From Chrysochromulina tobinii (taxonomy: Eukaryota), in assembly GCA_001275005.1 (NCBI GenBank), contig JWZX01001759.1, positions 1-34,452 of the forward strand: a stretch of DNA of 34,452 nucleotides, written 5' to 3'. Below are positions 1 through 9,682 of the stretch, in pieces. A program made the position numbers and the translations under genes. Every line of letters starts with the position of its first letter. Position 1 is the first letter of the stretch. Under the pieces are notes generated by a model. The model had not been told where the DNA came from. It made no database searches and worked only from the letters and a program-made list of their open reading frames with translations.

Positions 1-295
1 GGCGGCGGACCCCGGGCGCGGACCCGACGCCGCCGCCGCCGCCGGCGGCGTTCGTCTCGATAAAACGCAAAAAGCAAACAGGCCGCATTTTCTCTACCAC
101 AAAACACGTCACACGGCAACGTGAAGGTTCACACGCCTGAGTCTGTTCCTAGTGACACCTTCAGTGACACCTTCTCCCGCGCCTGGATGCTGGGGCCGAA
201 AACTCAAAACACTACTATTCGACGAAACAGCGAACGTGGCTTGCCAACGTCCCTCACGTCGATTTGAGGCCATGCAGACACGGTATTAGCGCCAT

Positions 296-742
296 TCAAT
301 TCTTGCTCGGCACGCACTTGAAGAGCCCTTCGCGCACGCAACCCGGCTGGCAGTCTTTCAAGAAGCCCGGATTGCAAGCAACCCCCTTGATGCTGACGGC
401 TGGCGGCGGCACCCCTTTGTGATACTCGGCGATGGTCCGCGCAATGCTACCGAATGAGCAAATGAAGAAGAAGATATACGCGAGGATGAGGAATGTGCTC
501 TTGAACAAGCGATTGACGGACCCCTTGGGCGTCTTGTTCCACTCCTTGTCGTGCTCCGTCCGGCCAAAGACGTAGGCCATTGCGTGCGGGCTCGAGTCGC
601 GGACGATGGGCGGGCCATACAGCCAGTAGTCGAGCCACTTAGGAATGCCCTTGTTCTTGGGGGCGTAGCCGCGCAACGAACTCGGTGAATACACCGCCTG
701 AAGGTATCCGGGCTGACGCTGCGCAAACGGGACGTCGGCCAT
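296..742 (-). CDS. Hypothetical small membrane protein (~148 aa), one hydrophobic segment and a Cys-rich C-terminus
   Basis: ORF MADVPFAQ...; hydrophobic FKSTFLILAYIFFFICSFGSIA; ATG at 742 is immediately preceded by TTTTTGCAG, a possible acceptor of a 5'UTR intron 743-789 (GTGAG...CAG). Confidence 0.55.
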   Translation of the reverse strand: MADVPFAQRQPGYLQAVYSPSSLRGYAPKNKGIPKWLDYWLYGPPIVRDSSPHAMAYVFGRTEHDKEWNKTPKGSVNRLFKSTFLILAYIFFFICSFGSIARTIAEYHKGVPPPAVSIKGVACNPGFLKDCQPGCVREGLFKCVPSKN

Positions 743-1007
743 CTGCAAAAAGCAATCTCGCCGAAGGTCGACCCCGGGATTCCTCTCACAGGGGGGTCAA
801 AAGCAAGCTCGTTCCCGCCGAGTGTGAAGAAAAGCTCTCAATCGCGTCGCTCGCTTTTTTTGCGTTCGGCCGCGGCCGTCCGTGTGCGACGAGTGCCCGC
901 TCCGCGAAACGCTGTTGCGGGCGCCGCGTGGGAGTTCTGAGCGTTCCCCCAGAGGCAGACTCCAGTCCAAATCTGCGACGAGTGCCATCCAACCGTGCTT
1001 TTCACGA

Positions 1008-3201
1008 ATGCCTCGCCCGATTTTTACTCCCGAGTACAAATGGGATACCCGGCGTCTGTCCGCACCCGTAGTGATGCCCGACGTTCACGTTCAATCTTCG
1101 CCGCCGCCGCAATCCAAACTCACGCCGGCACAAGCACGCTCAAAGCGCATCCTCGAGTCCTCGAGGCGACGCATGCCTGACAGTTCACTCGCCCCTCCCG
1201 TAGTCATGCCCGACGCGAATGTAGCCCAAGGCGTGTCGGCGAGACGGCTTCAGATGCAGAATGCCAGGGCAGCCCTCAAGGCAGTCGCGCAGCAAGACAA
1301 GGCCAAGGCCGAGAGTGAGGGTGCTACCGCGGGTTTTGCGGTAAGGAGTGACGCTGCTGCAAAGGAGGAGGAGATGCGGAAGGCCAAACAGGCCAAAGAG
1401 GAGCAAGCGAAGCGTGGGCGTGAGGAGGCTGCCGCCGCGCAAGCTGCGGGCAGGGTTGGCGCGGCCCAAAAGGCCGAGGAGGCGGCGCGAGCAAAGGAGG
1501 CTGCACGAGCAGGCGGCGCGGAGCAGGCGGCGCTCGAGCAGGAGCGGGCGCAGAAGCTCAAATCGGCCAACGCGAGCTTCGAGGCCGGGAGGCTTATGGT
1601 TAAGAAGGTAAAGTATCGGGAGGCGGAGGCGGCGTTCCGGACTGCGCTGCAGATCAGGTCAGAGGTGCTCGGTAAGCGCCACGAAGAGGTGCTCAAGGTT
1701 CAAACGGAGCTCGGCGAGGTGTGCATACGCCAAGACAACCACGTCGAGGCAGCGCGCCTCCTCCACGAGGTCTATGAGAGCTATCTAGCGGCCAAGGGCC
1801 AGGCGGATGTGATGACCCTCAAAGTGGTCCATTTGCTGGGCAACGCGCTCTCCGCCAGTGCGCGCTACGAGGAAGCCGAGACGCTCTTGAAGCTCACCAT
1901 CGACGCGTGCTCCTTGCAGTACGGCCCGAGTGCCAAGAATACGCTCGTTTTCAAGACGGGGCTCGGCTTGCTCTTTGACAAGCAGGATCGCCTCGAGGAC
2001 GCAGAGCCCTTGTTGCGTGAGGCTCTGGCGGCGCGCCGGAGGGCAGCCTTGGTGGCCGTTGTGAGCGGCACGCATGATGTGAACGACCTGTGCGCCTCGA
2101 TGGGCAGCCTCGCCGTGGTGCTCCAGAAAAGGAAGCAGCCTGGACCGCTCGCTGAGGCGGAGGCGCTCTATCGAGAGGCGCTCGAGCTCACGCGCAAGCA
2201 CGACGAGGGAAAGGAGAGTCGCACTTCCATTGGATTGATGAATAACTTGGCAGCGCTCCTCAAGCCCGAAGCGAGCCGCTCGGACGAGGTTGAGCAGCTC
2301 TTGCGGCAATGCATCAAGGCCGAGAAGGAGCTCTATGGACCGTCGAACGACGCGACTCTGAACACCACCGAGCAGCTCGCTTCGCTCCTGCATCACACCC
2401 GAGGCTTACACGCCCAGGCCGAGGAGCTGCTGCGCGACGTGCTTCAGGAACGTCGAGCCGCGCTCGGCCTGATGACCTCTGATGACCTCTGATGACGTCT
2501 GATGACGTCTGATGACATCTGATTGCCTCCCTCATCAGGAACGTCGAGCCGCGCTCGGCCTGATGACCTCTGATGACCTCTGATGACATCTGATGACGTC
2601 TGATTGCCTCCCTCATCAGGAACGTCGAGCCGCGCTCGGCCTGGGTCATGAGAGCACGATCACGACGATGGTGAACCTGGCGTCTGTCTTCCGTGCCATG
2701 GGCCAAACTCCGCAATCGGAAGCGCTGCTCAAGGAGGCGCACGAGGCAAGCCTAAAGGCGCTCGGCGCGGGGCATTACAAGACCAAGCTGATCGAAAGGG
2801 ACTTGACGGGCTTGGGCGCTGTTCCAAAAGGTACAGGAGGCTCCTTCGTGGCCAAAGGGTTCGACATGACGATTAAGACGCTCGGCGTGGCCTCGGGCTG
2901 GCAGGAACTCTTCGATAACTTCGACAATTCGGACGCGGGCCTGGAGGAGGCGTTTGCCAAGGTGGACACGGACACGAGCGGCAAGATCGACGCCAAAGAG
3001 TTGAAGGCGTACATCCAGAGCAAGTACAAGTCGAATGGCCTTGACGACAAGACCATCGAAATAATGATGGCGGCGGCGGACACGAACAAAGACGGCGAGA
3101 TTGACCTCGATGAGTTCAAGATGATCATGCGCGCTGGGGCTGGGCCAGGGGCTGGGCCAAGCGTGGAGACAGAAGAGGAGAGCTTCCGAGGCGGTTTGTA
3201 G
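1008..3201 (+). CDS. TPR-repeat (kinesin light chain/nephrocystin-3-like) protein with C-terminal EF-hand pair; exons 1008-2447, 2620-3201
   Basis: Repeats such as KYREAEAAFRTALQIRSEVLGKRH and LAEAEALYREAL; EF loops DTDTSGKIDAKE and DTNKDGEIDLDE; removing 2448-2619 joins the two ORFs in frame (DVLQ|ERRAALGLGHES). Start codon uncertain. Confidence 0.85.
2448..2619 (+). other. Repeat-family intron #1 (two tandem modules; apparent GA-AG)
   Basis: 24-nt copy of downstream exon start + 6 decamer units + CCTCATCAG, then the same again with 5 units; excision restores the frame. Confidence 0.85.
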
Positions 3202-3610
3202 GCGCGAGCGGCGAGGCGCCGGCCATGGTTGGTACCCAGCGTACGCACCAGCGCCCTGCCCGGGTCAGTGTGTGTCCACACCGCACTCCGCACACGACTA
3301 ACGCACAACCTTATTGCTTATAGGATTTTTATCGGCCGGGGATCGTGCTAACTGCTATGCTCGACTTATCGTTAGAAAAATGTCGTTTCTCTGGGATGCA
3401 TCTTTGTACACTTCTGATTCTTAAGAATCGGGTTGTTGAACCGGACGGGACTCGGGAGCGCGACCGAGCTCCTCCAGCGGTAGACAGCGGGTGTTCCCGC
3501 ACCCTTTTCGGAAATAAGGCTGAAAATGAGACCGGGCTTCAAGTTTCTAAAGAAGACGTTTCGTGGCGGCATCGCGTCGTCAAGAGCTCCAAGTCAGGTC
3601 AAGGTTTGGC

Positions 3611-3625
3611 TTGACTTGACTTGAC
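3611..3625 (+). promoter_or_regulatory. (TTGAC)3 candidate promoter element
   Basis: TTGACTTGACTTGAC ~40 nt upstream of the BCD1 ATG; similar arrays at 4711-4720, 7981-7999 and 12393-12416. Confidence 0.4.
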
Positions 3626-3664
3626 GACTCCTCATCTGTACTTTACAAAAAAGGTCCGCTGACA

Positions 3665-4648
3665 ATGGACGGCGACGACGTCGCCTCGAAGGCGGCGGAA
3701 GAGGAGCCTCCTCCGCCGGCCCGACCCCCGGTCGCTCGCTGCGCGTGCGGCGAGCCCGCCAAATACCGCTGCCCCGCATGCGACACGCGTTCGTGCTCCG
3801 CCGCGTGCGTCGACTTGCATAAGCAAAACCGGCCTTGCACGGGCAAGCGCAATGTGGCTGAGTACCACGCGATTGGCGAGTTTGACGATCTCGTGGTGCA
3901 TCGCGATTACCAGTTCTTGGAAGACGTGGGGCGTGCCGTCGACAGCAGCAAGCGCGTGCGCCGCGATGTGGAGCCGGCCGAGGGCCGGCGTGGATATTCT
4001 CTGCCACCCGCCCGGCACCAGCTGCTGCAGCGCGCGCTCGAGCGGGGCGTCCATTTGGAGCTGCTGCCGCACGGTATGCAGCGGCAGCGTGAGAACACGT
4101 CGCGCTATGATGCCCGCCGGCGGCACATCTGCTGGCGCGTCGAGCTCGACTTTGGCGTCGCGGGTGTGCGGCACATCTTGCCAAGCGTGGTGGACAGCAC
4201 GACGCTGCGCGAGCTGCTGCGAGACCTTATCGGGCTGAGTGGGGAGCCGAGCGGCAGCACGGGCGCGGAGCATGCGGGCAACAGCGTCAGCGCCAGCAAT
4301 GGTGGCGGCGGCGGCGGTGTTGCCGCCGCCGGCGATGCGAGCACGAACCCTAGCGCAGCTACAGCACCTGCGGCAGCGCCAGCGGCGCCGTCGCACCGAC
4401 GCGACGGCGGGCAGCGCGCGGTGCTGCGCCACAAGCTGCGAGCGTACGCGGCGGCGGGCGAGAAGCAGCTGGTGGTCTTCATGGCCGTGCCCCACCGGCG
4501 CGGCGCAGCCGACGAGCGCTTCTACAGCCTGCCGCTCGTCGCCACGCTGCTCGACGCGCTGCACGGCAAGACGCTGATCGAGTTCCCAACGTTGCACGTG
4601 GCGATTCGCGATGGGTCGGAGAAGCAGCGCTTCCCGACGGTGGGCTGA
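3665..4648 (+). CDS. BCD1: Box C/D snoRNA protein 1 (zf-HIT; BCD1/ZNHIT6 homolog)
   Basis: zf-HIT CACGEPAKYRCPACDTRSCSAACVDLHK...CTGKR followed by DYQFLED, LLPHGMQRQRENTSRY and C-terminal LIEFPTLHV motifs typical of BCD1. Confidence 0.9.
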   Translation: MDGDDVASKAAEEEPPPPARPPVARCACGEPAKYRCPACDTRSCSAACVDLHKQNRPCTGKRNVAEYHAIGEFDDLVVHRDYQFLEDVGRAVDSSKRVRRDVEPAEGRRGYSLPPARHQLLQRALERGVHLELLPHGMQRQRENTSRYDARRRHICWRVELDFGVAGVRHILPSVVDSTTLRELLRDLIGLSGEPSGSTGAEHAGNSVSASNGGGGGGVAAAGDASTNPSAATAPAAAPAAPSHRRDGGQRAVLRHKLRAYAAAGEKQLVVFMAVPHRRGAADERFYSLPLVATLLDALHGKTLIEFPTLHVAIRDGSEKQRFPTVG

Positions 4649-4791
4649 TCCCGCGGTCTGCATGGGGCTGCAGATCGTGGTGTGCCCTTTTTTTTCTTTT
4701 TTTTTTTTTACTTGACTTGAGAGGCTTCACAATCACAGCTTTTAAAGAATCTCCTTTTTTGGGCCTTCTTGTGGTCTTCTTGAACTCCGAA

Positions 4792-5730
4792 ATGGGCCGT
4801 GTGTTGATGCTCCTTGCGGCAAGGACCTTGGCGGCGGCGTTTACAAGCTTTCACACTACAGCGTTGGTAGCGGCGCCGGAGTGGCACGGCATAGGGCTGC
4901 ATGGCCTGCTGAGCGCGCAGGAGGCCGCTCCAGATGCACCGTTGATGCTCTTTGACCGGCATCTCGAGAAGAATGGGGGCTTCTCGATGCACACGGCCAT
5001 GCAGAATTCTGTGGCTTCAGCCGGCTCCAAGCTCAACTGCACCAAACTCTTTGGCTACCAGATCAATAACAAGGACTGGGTCGAGATGGCGTCGTTGCTC
5101 ACGCAGAAGCAGAGCATCTGCGTGGACGGGCACTCGCCGGTCCCGTCGGACTGGCTGCAGCGCGCGCGCGCTGTCGCGTCCGAGGTGGCGGCAACGGGCA
5201 CGACACCGCGCGTGCTGACGACGCTGCGCATCCGCAAACCGACAGATCATTACCGCTCCTTTTATGACTGGGATCAGGTGCCGCGCATGAACCAGAAGTG
5301 GGCGACGAACGTGAGCCTGATCGAATTCATCATGATGACGCCCGACCTGCAGGCCTCGACGTTGCTCGAAAGCAACCGGGCGGTGCTCGCGCAGCACCGC
5401 AAGGGCGCGACCGAGCCGCTCAGCGCGAGCGAGTGCGCGGCGGCGCTCGAGACCGCGGCAGACGTCGACCTGCTCACAACGACGGAGGCCATGACGGAGA
5501 TGTGGCCTGTGCTGCGCCGGCTGACGGAGTTCGCGCTACCCGAGGAGCACATCCACGAGGGGCCGAAGCGCTTTGGCTGCTGCGGCCCGGCCGTCTCGCT
5601 CCTCGTCGATAAGGTCGAGCAGGCGACGCGCACGATGGCGCCCTGCGACTGGATGCTGTATGAGATGGCGCAGCGTGCCACCAGCAAGCTGCTCGACGAG
5701 TGGAGGACACTCTCTGATGCTAAAGAGTAG
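4792..5730 (+). CDS. Putative sulfotransferase-like protein
   Basis: N-terminal hydrophobic segment; HLEKNGG resembles the 5'-PSB motif (HxxKxGG); LRIRKPTDHYRSFYDW resembles the 3'-PB motif; DWMLYE near the C-terminus. Confidence 0.5.
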   Translation: MGRVLMLLAARTLAAAFTSFHTTALVAAPEWHGIGLHGLLSAQEAAPDAPLMLFDRHLEKNGGFSMHTAMQNSVASAGSKLNCTKLFGYQINNKDWVEMASLLTQKQSICVDGHSPVPSDWLQRARAVASEVAATGTTPRVLTTLRIRKPTDHYRSFYDWDQVPRMNQKWATNVSLIEFIMMTPDLQASTLLESNRAVLAQHRKGATEPLSASECAAALETAADVDLLTTTEAMTEMWPVLRRLTEFALPEEHIHEGPKRFGCCGPAVSLLVDKVEQATRTMAPCDWMLYEMAQRATSKLLDEWRTLSDAKE

Positions 5731-6170
5731 TGAGCGGCAGAGCCGTGTACATGTAGAGAGTAGAGTTTAGAGAGTGGCAACCGTGCAACTAATTGTATTA
5801 AAGCGCTATAGGCGCGGCGGCTACACCGCAACCGCATCGTACTCCTTCGTACTCCATCGTACCGCTAGTCGCTCCTGGCAACCATCCGTGTCGCGCCAAT
5901 CGGACGTGTGAAATCCCACAGAAATAAGCCCTCCGCCCACGTGCTGGCCTCTTTCGGGCGGACGGGGTCAACAGTGGCTTGCGCAGCTGGAACGCGGCCG
6001 GAGAGCATACGCTGCACACGTGCACAGAGCCACAGACAGTCAGAAAAAGCCCGCCACACGCATGCGCGTAGGAGCCCCGAACCACGCAGATTGCGTCACC
6101 GGGCGCGCAGTGGACCGCCCGGCTGCCGGCGGTGAGCGGCCGCGCATCATTGAGCACGTCCACGGAAGAC

Positions 6171-7784
6171 TCACGCGAGGGTTGGCGCCGGCTGTGGCCG
6201 CATCAGCGACGATGGCAGCGGCGGCAGTGGCAGCTCTCGCGACCACTCGAGGGCAGCCTCGACCTTGGGCGCACTCACGTTATAAACCGGGTTGACGAAT
6301 CCCAAAGCCGTCTTCCAGTGGGCTGGGCTGGTCGCGGGGCGTGTGCCCGCGGTGGCAGGATCGGGCTCTGGCTCTGCCGCCGCCACGGCGAGCCCCGAGA
6401 GGCAGTAGCACGTGTGATAGTAGTCGCGGCTGCGAGGCACAGTGGTCGATCAGAGGAGCATCGGGTGAGAGCGGCAGGCTGTGGGGAGCATCGGGTGGGA
6501 GCGGGCAGGCTGTGGGCGGCAGGCAGTGGGCAGAGGGGCAGCTTTGGGATTCGTCAACGGCAGGCTGTGGGCGGCAGGCAGTGGGCAGAGGGGCAGCCGA
6601 GTTGCAGCCGGGGTCAGAGGGCAACCGAGCTCCAAGGCCAAGAGGTTTGAGGGGTCGAGAGAGCGAGCGGCGCACCCACGGCCGGGCTTGTCACGCAGCC
6701 CCCCATTCGACTGCTGGCAGCAGACGAACAGATAGTCGAGCAAGCCATCTGTGGAGAAGAGCGAAGCGATCCCTCCAGAGGGAAGCTCGGCGGTGCGTGT
6801 GAGCGCCGCCTCGAGCAACGGGAATGCACCGCCTTGCCAGAAGGAGTAGCACCCGTCGACGAGCTTGTTTGTGCGGCCTTGGAAGCCGCCGTGCACGCCC
6901 ATCTGCCGCTCGACCAGCCAGCGGGTCAGCGGTGGCACCCGAAGGAGCTCGACACGGTCGAGGAGCACCATGGACGCGAGGCCGCAAAAGGTATAGCCGC
7001 CGTGCGCCTCCTCGCCAGGCGTCGCGCCGATCCCGCCCTCATAAGTTTGACATGACGCGATCCACTCCGCGGCACCACGGCGGAGCTCGTCGTCGAGCAG
7101 GTTGGTCAACGATGCCACCGCCAGCGCGGTATAGACGCCGCGCACGTCGCACTCACCGTCGTCGTGCATGCTGAAGCTGCCGTCGGGCCTTTTCATGCGC
7201 CGCAGGAAGACGCGTAGCGACGCGCGGTCGATGGCGGCAAGTGCGGCGGGCGTGCCAATCGTCACCAGCGTGTTGATCGCAGCGTACGTGGGTGCCAGGT
7301 GCGCAATCTGGCCCGGATGCGCCCCCCCGGCGAAGCCACCAGTGCCGGGCACCTGGCAGCGCCTGAGGAAGCCGACGACATTGTCGGCCTCGTCGCCTCG
7401 CAGCGCGTGGCTCGGCCCGAGGAGCTCGAGCGAATGGGAGATCCAGTAGGTGAGCCACGGACGCGATGCGTCGAGGCTCACGTAGCCGGCCGCAAGCGAG
7501 CCGAGCCCGGCTTTTAGGTATGCGGCGTGTTCAGTTCGGCAGAAGGATACGCTGCGATCGCGTGCGCACGTAAGGCAGGTCGTCAGAAGCGGGATGGGAC
7601 GGCATGCGCATGGCTCATTATCGTTCACTCTCTGCCGGGAGGCGCACGATTCACGGCTGAGGCTGCCGTCCGGATTGATCCATTCTTCAAAGACCGCGCG
7701 GCATGCATCCTCGGTCTTGAGCTGCTCATTCGTCGAGTGCGTGGGCAGGCCGTCGTCGTACGTCGACTCCCAGAAGGTCGCCAT
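6171..7784 (-). CDS. FNTB: Protein farnesyltransferase beta subunit; exons 7784-7648 (first intron tentative), 7551-6676, 6429-6171
   Basis: LDASRPWLTYW, AHLAPTYAA, EAHGGYTFCG, FQGRTNKLVDGCYSFWQ; splicing 6430-6675 gives DKPGRG|RDYYHTCYCLSGL. Confidence 0.93.
6430..6675 (-). other. GT-AG intron with internal tandem duplications and an inverted exon-derived insert
   Basis: GG|GTGCGC...CTCGCAG|C; 39-nt direct repeat 6504-6542/6559-6597; 6541-6558 is the exact reverse complement of exon 6291-6308. Confidence 0.85.
7552..7647 (-). other. Probable in-frame GT-AG intron (96 nt) in FNTB
   Basis: TC|GTGCGC...CTGAC...ATCGCAG|C; contains no stop, so not required by the frame. Confidence 0.5.
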
Positions 7785-8082
7785 CGGCAACGCAGTCGCA
7801 AGGGTGTCGCGAGGTGTGAATACAATGACGGTCTTCTCGTCAGGTCGTGCTCGTAACCAATTTGAGAACCGTGAACGTTTTGATGTCAGGGTGGAGGTTT
7901 GCATCGACGACAAGCGGAAGCCAACCATTTGAATCCTGAAGAGTCCCACCGATGGCTTCACCATTGACCTGTATCGTCGAGACTTGACTTGTCTTGACTC
8001 TCACGAGGCACAGCGGACGTGTCGCACGCCCGGCGGTCCACGGACGTGGCCCTGCCCTTCTGTGCGCCTCCCTGGTCGCGCA

Positions 8083-9558
8083 ATGTCGTCTCCTAATTCC
8101 AAGCGCCGCCGCACAGATGGCCGTGGAGATGACTTCCACGATGGGCCCCTTCCACGACACCCACTCGGCACCTCCCGATGGAACGGCCCTGATTCGGATT
8201 CAGATGAGGATGCCGCACCGCCCGCTGCCAAAACGGCGGCCGCAGGCAGTTCGAGCCTTGATCACATGCGCAAGAATCTTGAGGACTTCAAACGCCTTGG
8301 TGGTGGCTCTGCGGAGACCACGGAGGCTGTTGTGGACGGTGGGGGGGTGCTTGGGAGTGCATCGAGCCCTGCACTTAGCACGACGCCGACTGGGGTGGAA
8401 GCTGAGGTCAGATGCTGCATCGATGCTGCTGGGTGCGCCGCCACGATAGGATCCTCGGATGCTGGGCCGTCGACGCTGAGCCTGGGCGAATCTGCACGTG
8501 ATCCAGCTGCACCGCTGCAGAGCGGCCGCATATCCTGTCTACCTCCGATCTACCGCGGTCGCTGCCGTGGTGTTGACAAGTTCGAAAAGATTGCGAAGCT
8601 CGACGAGGGAACCTACGGCGTGGTATACAAAGCCCGCGAGCGCGACACCGGGGATATTGTGGCGCTCAAGCAGATCAAGATGAACCACGCAGGTTCCGAG
8701 GGCTTTCCGCCGACGGCGCTGCGAGAGCTCAACATCCTACTTTCCCTCAAGCACCCACACGTGATCAACACACGCGAGATGGTCGTGGGCGACACGCTGG
8801 ATAAGATCTTCATGGTGATGGACTTCATGGAGCATGACGTGAAGCAGCTCATGGCGGCGATGCGCTCGCCTTTCACCGAGGCCGAGGTGAAGCGCCTGAT
8901 GCTCGACTTGACCTCTGCCCTCGCCTACTGCCACGATCGTTGGGTGTTCCATCGCGATCTAAAGACGTCGAACCTGCTGATGAACAACCGCGGCGAGGTG
9001 GCCATCTGCGATTTTGGGCTTGCTCGCTATTACCATGAGCCACTGAAGACCTACTCGCCGACGGTGGTCACGCTGTGGTACCGGGCACCCGAGGTGCTCT
9101 TGGCGGACGGCGGGAGAGGTGAGAAGACGACGTACGGCCCCGCTGTCGATGTGTGGTCACTCGGCTGCATTTTCGCGGAGCTTGTGCTCCGCGCGCCGCT
9201 ACTCAACGGCCAGGGCGAGATCGATCAGGTCAAGCGCATCTTCGAGCTCCTGGGCACGCCCGACGAAGAAACGTGGCCGGGCTGCACCGCGCTGCACTTT
9301 CTGCGCAAGTACCCGCAGCGGCGCCAGCCGTTCAATCGGTTACGCGACAAGTTCAAGCGTGCGACCTTCACCTCGGCCACCGCTCTCTCCGAGGCAGGGC
9401 TCGACTTGATGCTGAAGATGCTCACGCTCGACCCGAACCAGCGCCTCTCGGCGAGCGAGGCGCTCAAGCACCCGTACTTCCGTGAGGAGCCTCCCCCTAA
9501 GCCACACCACCTTATGCCCACCTTTCCGTCGACGCATCGGTCAGATGCGCGTCGCTGA
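8083..9558 (+). CDS. Cyclin-dependent kinase, CDK11/CDKG (PITSLRE-type; here PPTALRE)
   Basis: DEGTYGVVYKA, EGFPPTALRE, HRDLKTSNLL, DFGLAR, VVTLWYRAPE, C-terminal MPTFPS. Confidence 0.9.
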   Translation: MSSPNSKRRRTDGRGDDFHDGPLPRHPLGTSRWNGPDSDSDEDAAPPAAKTAAAGSSSLDHMRKNLEDFKRLGGGSAETTEAVVDGGGVLGSASSPALSTTPTGVEAEVRCCIDAAGCAATIGSSDAGPSTLSLGESARDPAAPLQSGRISCLPPIYRGRCRGVDKFEKIAKLDEGTYGVVYKARERDTGDIVALKQIKMNHAGSEGFPPTALRELNILLSLKHPHVINTREMVVGDTLDKIFMVMDFMEHDVKQLMAAMRSPFTEAEVKRLMLDLTSALAYCHDRWVFHRDLKTSNLLMNNRGEVAICDFGLARYYHEPLKTYSPTVVTLWYRAPEVLLADGGRGEKTTYGPAVDVWSLGCIFAELVLRAPLLNGQGEIDQVKRIFELLGTPDEETWPGCTALHFLRKYPQRRQPFNRLRDKFKRATFTSATALSEAGLDLMLKMLTLDPNQRLSASEALKHPYFREEPPPKPHHLMPTFPSTHRSDARR

Positions 9559-9636
9559 TGACGACCGCGGCGCCCTTGAGCCTTGGCTTTGTCTGGCGCA
9601 TGGGGCGTGAAGCTACACGGCACACGGAGGAGTCGT

Positions 9637-9682
9637 GGAACCCTCCCTGTGCGGTGGAACCCTCCCTTTGGAACCCTCCCTC
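9637..9682. repeat. Three copies of GGAACCCTCCCT downstream of the CDK stop
   Basis: Direct repeats visible in the sequence. Confidence 0.7.

Noticed and set aside
2448..2619. Repeat/unique alternation resembling a CRISPR array
   Set aside because: Units are tandem 10-mers, the unique parts are copies of adjacent host exon, there are no cas genes, and the context is eukaryotic and intronic.
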